Below, piece after piece: positions 60,301 to 64,000 of a DNA stretch of 64,000 nt; the stretch's first letter is position 1, and every line of letters begins with the position of its first letter. The stretch lies in NCBI GenBank assembly GCA_963815455.1, contig CAWFGO010000003.1, positions 672,001 to 736,000 on the forward strand, in the 5' to 3' direction. Made by a program: the position numbers and the translations under genes. The DNA is from an uncultured Verrucomicrobiae bacterium. Its GTDB lineage: Bacteria; Verrucomicrobiota; Verrucomicrobiia; Chthoniobacterales; UBA10450. Below the pieces are notes generated by a model. The model was given only the letters and a program-made list of their open reading frames with translations. It made no database searches and was not told where the DNA came from.

Positions 60301-63110
60301 CGGGTTCCTCCCGGTAGAGGCGGTGGATAGGTCATCGTTTCCTTTAACCCTGACGGCTCGTAGGTGAAGTCTGTCTCATTTCCATTCCCGTCTCTGACCT
60401 TCGAGAGCAGGCTCGCGCCGTGAACGCCAGCGGAATGATAGAAAAACTGGGTGATCACATAATCGCTGTCCGGCCCTTCCCCGAGCATCGGCACTTTGTC
60501 CATGGTGATTCGATTCAGCCCATCATAAGTCTTGAACGCGGTGGTGCCGTCCGGGCGAATGATGCGGGTTAGATTCAGCCCGTCCTCATAAAAAAACTGC
60601 GTCCGGTGATTGAGCGGCTCACGGACTTCCGTTTTTCGGTTTCGACTGTCGTAATCCGTTTCGGTCACCCAATGCGAGGGACGTGGATCGATCACTCTGG
60701 TCTGATTGCCAACGGCATCGTAAGCGAAGCTGGTTATCGAAGTGTCGGACCCACTGCCGACAGTTGTGGACAATTTACGGAAGTCGCCATCGTAGTTGTT
60801 TGTAGTGATAATGCTCTGCTCCTTCGCGACGTGCTGGCGGACAGAGTTGGTTGTGTGCGAGTACGAATTATTCTGGCTGGTCGGATCGCCGGTCGTCGGC
60901 TTGTAATCGAACGTTTCGAAATGCCCGAGCGGGTCTGTGATTTTGGTCACCCGGCCATAATCGTCATACTCATATCTCGTTCGCTGGCGTAGCTCATTTT
61001 CCTCCCAAATTTTATCCCCGTAAATATTGAACCCGAACGATTGATATCTGCCGTCGGGATGGGTGATCTTGGTCACCAGCCCGCGCCCGGGGCAAGGCTG
61101 ACCAGTATTTGGCCCTTCCACCGCAATGTCGTACTCATACGTCGTCGTGTTCTGGCGCGGATCGGTTTCCGTCTTGACCCTGTCGATCCACGCATTGCCG
61201 GCAATCGGATCATTCGGCTCGTAATAGCTGTAGGTCGTTTTCGGCTCCGACTCGACCGGCGCTGAACTCCAAGTCGGGTTCCATTTCTTGATTAGCAGGC
61301 CGCGCGAATCGTATTGATAATGCACATAAGCGCCGTTCTTCATCCGGTGCCAACTGACTTGGCCGTGGCCGTTCCCGTCGTCGTAACCGACTTCCTCATA
61401 AGCTAGCAACGTGCTGCCATTAGCCGCCGAATCCTTGTAGTCGGTGCGTGTTATTCGGTGCAGGCCGTCACGCGTGTGCTCTGTTACGCTGCCGCGTTCA
61501 TCGGTGACACGATGCACATAGTGCGGATCGCTTTCGTAATCGTAGTGAATCGTCTTCCCATCGGGATGAATGATGTCGGTGATTTCACCGATCCCCTCGG
61601 TCGCATTGGGTCCCCACGCATGACGCATATAGCGTGTGGTGTAGAGGGGATCACCAAGCCCGCTGCTAGTGCGAGCATCGGTAACGCGATTCACGAAGTT
61701 TTGAGAGTCGTAATCCAGGTAAGTCGTGTGCCCCTCGAAATCCTCGTACGATAACAAGAGCTGTGGGTCGTCGCAGCCGCCGCAGGGCTCGTCTGGCGCG
61801 CAAGGTGGCAGCCGAGTGTACTGAAATGTTCGGGTCAGACTTACCCGCGTTGTCTCCTCCCGAGAGTCCCAGTTCCCGGCAACGCTGGAGATGATGGTAT
61901 TTCCGTCAAAGGTTTCCTCCCGTTTTATCACTCCATGTGGAACACTCGAGACCACTCCATTATGTGGATTCCTGATCGTTCCGCTCTGATACCCGTACTG
62001 GATTCGTCGCATGGCCCCGCCTTGATGCCGCATGTCGTCGGCAGTCTTAAGAAGTGGCCATTCTCTTGGATTTGCTTGGCCGTTGACCCACTCCGCGATG
62101 TTGTCTTCCCGATAAGTGTAGATAGCCGACGTGCCATCGCTGTAATGCACTTCGCTTAGCATCATCTTTTCGCGGCATCCGAAAATGCATCCCCCGCCTG
62201 GATAGATCGGGCAATACTGATAGGTAACATTGTCGATTCGGTTCCCGCGGCCATCAAAAGCCTCCACTTTGATGAGCAAGCGTGGATTCCAATAATCAGT
62301 GCTCCATGGGTTATCGACGTACGTAAATAGCAGAAACCGGCCCCCGGGTTCAGTGACTTTCCAAACTTTGCCATAGTTATCATAGTCGATTGTTGTGGTT
62401 TTTCCGAAAGGATCGGCAATAGCAACTGCACGATGACTGGCCGAATCAAAAATGACTGTCCCACCGTCGGCCATGCGAAAATGAGTAGCGTCCTCCCACT
62501 TTTCTGAAGTCCCTCGATCCCAGCCGCACGTGCCGAGCTCGGCACCGCTGGGCATGAAAACAATACCTGAAAAGTCTGGCCGAGGCGCTTCGCCAAGCCA
62601 CATGTACTCATGAGTCCAACCTGGACAGATGCGAGGCGACCCGTCCTCGGGCGTGGTTCGGCTGTTCCAGTAGCGAGTCATTTTAAGAGGATATGCGCCG
62701 ATGCAGCCCGGCACGACAATGTCGTCGATCACGCGCTTGGCATTCCTGGAAAGAGGGTCGTAATTCCCCCCAGTGGTGATCTGCCCGTTGAAAATTCCGG
62801 CCACACCGGTGGGACTGTTCTGGCCAAAAGCAAGTTGGGGCGACCCTCCATCAGCAGGCGCTTCTTCCATGGGACCCTCCGGCTCCTCGGGTGCTTCTGT
62901 GCAGTTAGTCGCTACGACCTCTTCTTGCGCAAACATCCGCGGCGCAGGCATTGCAACCACGAGCGACCCAACCAGTGCGCTCAGCCAGAGCACTCGGGCA
63001 AGATTTTTCGTGCTGAAGTTAACACTCGCCGCGGCGAGCCCGATGCGGAGGCTTCGCGATATTGGAATCACGGAAGTGCATCTTAAGGCAACGGATAACA
63101 GATATGGCAA
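57369..63110 (-). CDS. RHS/YD-repeat polymorphic toxin with internal dockerin and FN3-like inserts and a JAB/DUF4329-like tip
   Basis: Many YD repeats; RHS core FTGREY...RARAYHP..GRFMSEDP...DPMGL; tip E...HVHT...SPPD; hydrophobic N-terminal leader. Confidence 0.92.
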   Translation of the reverse strand: MPYLLSVALRCTSVIPISRSLRIGLAAASVNFSTKNLARVLWLSALVGSLVVAMPAPRMFAQEEVVATNCTEAPEEPEGPMEEAPADGGSPQLAFGQNSPTGVAGIFNGQITTGGNYDPLSRNAKRVIDDIVVPGCIGAYPLKMTRYWNSRTTPEDGSPRICPGWTHEYMWLGEAPRPDFSGIVFMPSGAELGTCGWDRGTSEKWEDATHFRMADGGTVIFDSASHRAVAIADPFGKTTTIDYDNYGKVWKVTEPGGRFLLFTYVDNPWSTDYWNPRLLIKVEAFDGRGNRIDNVTYQYCPIYPGGGCIFGCREKMMLSEVHYSDGTSAIYTYREDNIAEWVNGQANPREWPLLKTADDMRHQGGAMRRIQYGYQSGTIRNPHNGVVSSVPHGVIKREETFDGNTIISSVAGNWDSREETTRVSLTRTFQYTRLPPCAPDEPCGGCDDPQLLLSYEDFEGHTTYLDYDSQNFVNRVTDARTSSGLGDPLYTTRYMRHAWGPNATEGIGEITDIIHPDGKTIHYDYESDPHYVHRVTDERGSVTEHTRDGLHRITRTDYKDSAANGSTLLAYEEVGYDDGNGHGQVSWHRMKNGAYVHYQYDSRGLLIKKWNPTWSSAPVESEPKTTYSYYEPNDPIAGNAWIDRVKTETDPRQNTTTYEYDIAVEGPNTGQPCPGRGLVTKITHPDGRYQSFGFNIYGDKIWEENELRQRTRYEYDDYGRVTKITDPLGHFETFDYKPTTGDPTSQNNSYSHTTNSVRQHVAKEQSIITTNNYDGDFRKLSTTVGSGSDTSITSFAYDAVGNQTRVIDPRPSHWVTETDYDSRNRKTEVREPLNHRTQFFYEDGLNLTRIIRPDGTTAFKTYDGLNRITMDKVPMLGEGPDSDYVITQFFYHSAGVHGASLLSKVRDGNGNETDFTYEPSGLKETMTYPPPLPGGTRDTQTWTYDGNKNLIARRAPGGAIQTFAYDSRNRKTAMRWSNGIDFSDFDYDWAGRLTFAQNPYSTVVRGYDDAGRMTLDQQTMPGAAPTPVPLIDRPSVVSRRTHGSAGDFDIALPLTGDPGIESRNGGTYKIVATFQHLVNLNGNAIVSAGIGTVSATTSASTETGGTAITIDLVNVSTAQKLVVMLSVSDGGISDEIAIPMRVLWGDANATGSVTSSDASMIQSQIGQPVSSSNFRCDANVTGDIDNADNKVATVNAGTGIASPPPSTTQAVSYEHDNDGRVRHLWVPGVGYDYTQTYDSLGRLKTILPTGGQSPSYQYGYDEASNVTRRDSFANGTWIDYEPDALNRIGALKVNLPSAMPMPYGTPTTRNWFTREVYGYDMMNRLSSVNRDEDTAAIDWFGYYLDGELQRAEYALPVSSPTPTPSATPTPPPGNQVATPVLNPPGCNLYGVSQSVTVTCSTAGASIRYTTNGTIPSSTNGMLISSGGSFNVGVPLNGEKTVRAIAYKTGMADSTIAEETYSNEGGGQAPQSATRRSLNYALDKAGNRTGEAGVTADGEPFNYEPNGLNQYTIAHGDTSIQNGANHEISAYQGVNYVYLNDTRLARVSMTDASGLHLYRLGYDALGRLVRRTWGDGPGMSVTYYIYDGEKPIYEFDPNGGTPSTNIYGRGIDEILYRSNHGSGQHFMQDHEGSVIAVLGGNGALLEWYRYDAFGAPMSIKDGAGTSFPTTQINNRFLFTGREYIPLFGFYEYRARAYHPGIGRFMSEDPKLFDADDYNLYRYVKNDPWDLSDPMGLAPTVVSPEVDRVSLEALKVVRDISNNNSDGKGVGLERGKTIGPLNGRIQYSKDTSVGEPVNGDMTHQRILYPDPPGGENGKRDSFAHVHTNSNTTDPQGRPDPRGTLTSPPDKNNGDKSNTTVYTTSKDGKITERYRQSDDARQRDHHADSVTERLKNGKWEEVEKRPAVKLPGLQRK

Positions 63111-63358
63111 GCATTTTCTTGAAACTCCCCTCGGATATTTCTTTAATTCCTGTTGTTTCTCATAACATCTGGAATTTCAATTTCCACAAACATGTCCTGC
63201 CTACGGCGGCTTTGCATCGCAACAAGCGCCCCCGGTTAGCGGCACCTATCGGCCACGATTTGATTTTGGAGCAAATTCGGCACGTTCCCCCGGGCAAAGA
63301 TAGGCTTTGCCACTTGGAGAATTCTTCATAGAGTCGTGCGCTTCATCCCCACGCGTTT

Positions 63359-64000
63359 ATGACTTTTATTGCTTTGAGTATTCTTGATTCCGGTGTGCCG
63401 CTATCGATGGTCTGCGCGGTTGTCGGACTCGCCTTTGCCTTTTTTTGATTGCGAGAGTAAGCCGCTTATCAGCCGGCAATGAGCGGATGCGCCAGATTTC
63501 AGGCAGCGGTTCAAGAGGGAGCTAAAGCCTACCTAAACCGCCAGGTGGTTACCATCAGCGTGATCGCGGTCGATTATTTTTCTCCTGCTCTTTTTCTTCA
63601 AAGACCATCCGACCGCGATCGGATTCGTGGTCGGCGCGTTCTGTTCGCTTTCGGCCGGCTTCATCGGGATGCGGATCGCGGTGATCACGAACGTTCGCAC
63701 GACGCAGGCGGCCATGAGCAGCCTGACAGCGGCCTTGCGGGTAGCGTTTAATGGCGGCGCGGTGACCGGCTTGCTCGTGGTCGGCCTCGCCCTGCTGGCG
63801 GTGTCGATCTTTTACACTTTCGCCAGCGAAAATGGTGGGGCACGACATGGCGGTTCGCAGCCTGATTGGTCTGGCCCTGGGGGCGAGCCTGATCAGCGTA
63901 TTCGCCCGGCTCGGGGGCGGCATTTACACGAAAGCAGCGGACGTGGGCGCCGATCTGGTGGGTAAGATCGAGAGCGGTTTGGAAGAAGACGACCCGCGGA
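63359..64000 (+). CDS. hppA: Membrane-bound H+/Na+-translocating pyrophosphatase (partial, frameshifted)
   Basis: [50 protein letters not shown] across frames. Confidence 0.92.

Noticed and set aside
44600..64000. Mass pseudogenisation or programmed frameshifting of infB, rbfA, nrnA, truB, ribF, hppA (also recN, ArnT and island genes)
   Set aside because: Single-base indels, often in short homopolymers, hit essential genes while all motifs stay intact, and they become denser towards the window end. This is typical of long-read or low-coverage consensus error.
1..64000. rRNA, tRNA, or an FMN riboswitch near the rib genes
   Set aside because: No recognisable conserved RNA motifs by eye, and the intergenic gaps before ribBA and ribH are short and occupied by REP or hairpin sequence. 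A covariance-model scan would be needed to exclude small RNAs.

Overview
This is a GC-rich bacterial window, most likely from a soil Verrucomicrobiota (Chthoniobacterales/Spartobacteria-like) genome. That placement is inferred from gene content, the 'VSRKTHG...dockerin' C-terminal module and the repeat types. The housekeeping backbone is: TIGR03790-like gene, PhnP-like MBL hydrolase, recN, two ArnT-like glycosyltransferases, lpxB with a Gfo/Idh/MocA oxidoreductase, fcl, a Phd/VapC toxin-antitoxin pair, ALDH-deoB-pdp, ribBA...ribH-nusB-ftsY, tandem msrB genes, rarD, mlaEFD, MarR-MFP-RND, nusA-infB-rbfA-nrnA-truB-ribF and the start of hppA. Many single-base frameshifts, denser after ~44 kb and present even in essential genes, look like long-read errors. 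The backbone is heavily colonised by small palindromic repeats, and three different HUH/Y1 (TnpA/RAYT-like) transposases are present. Five features stand out. (1) An RHS polymorphic-toxin locus (52.3-63.1 kb) has orphan toxin/immunity modules separated by short TGACCCC-like sites with 'stuttered' flanks, matching the ends of an embedded Y1 HUH transposase, which suggests an HUH-driven cassette array. (2) The 1913-aa RHS protein has a Sec-like leader, and a dockerin module and an FN3-like module are inserted inside its RHS core. (3) One 30-nt double-hairpin element is inserted in frame in both lpxB and infB, and a 43-aa palindromic insert lies in LpxB. (4) A four-helix-bundle gene sits between truB and ribF, bracketed by direct and inverted GAATGAC arrays. 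(5) An MsrB paralog lacks the catalytic Cys, and an apparently exported PD-(D/E)XK-like protein has no neighbouring methylase.
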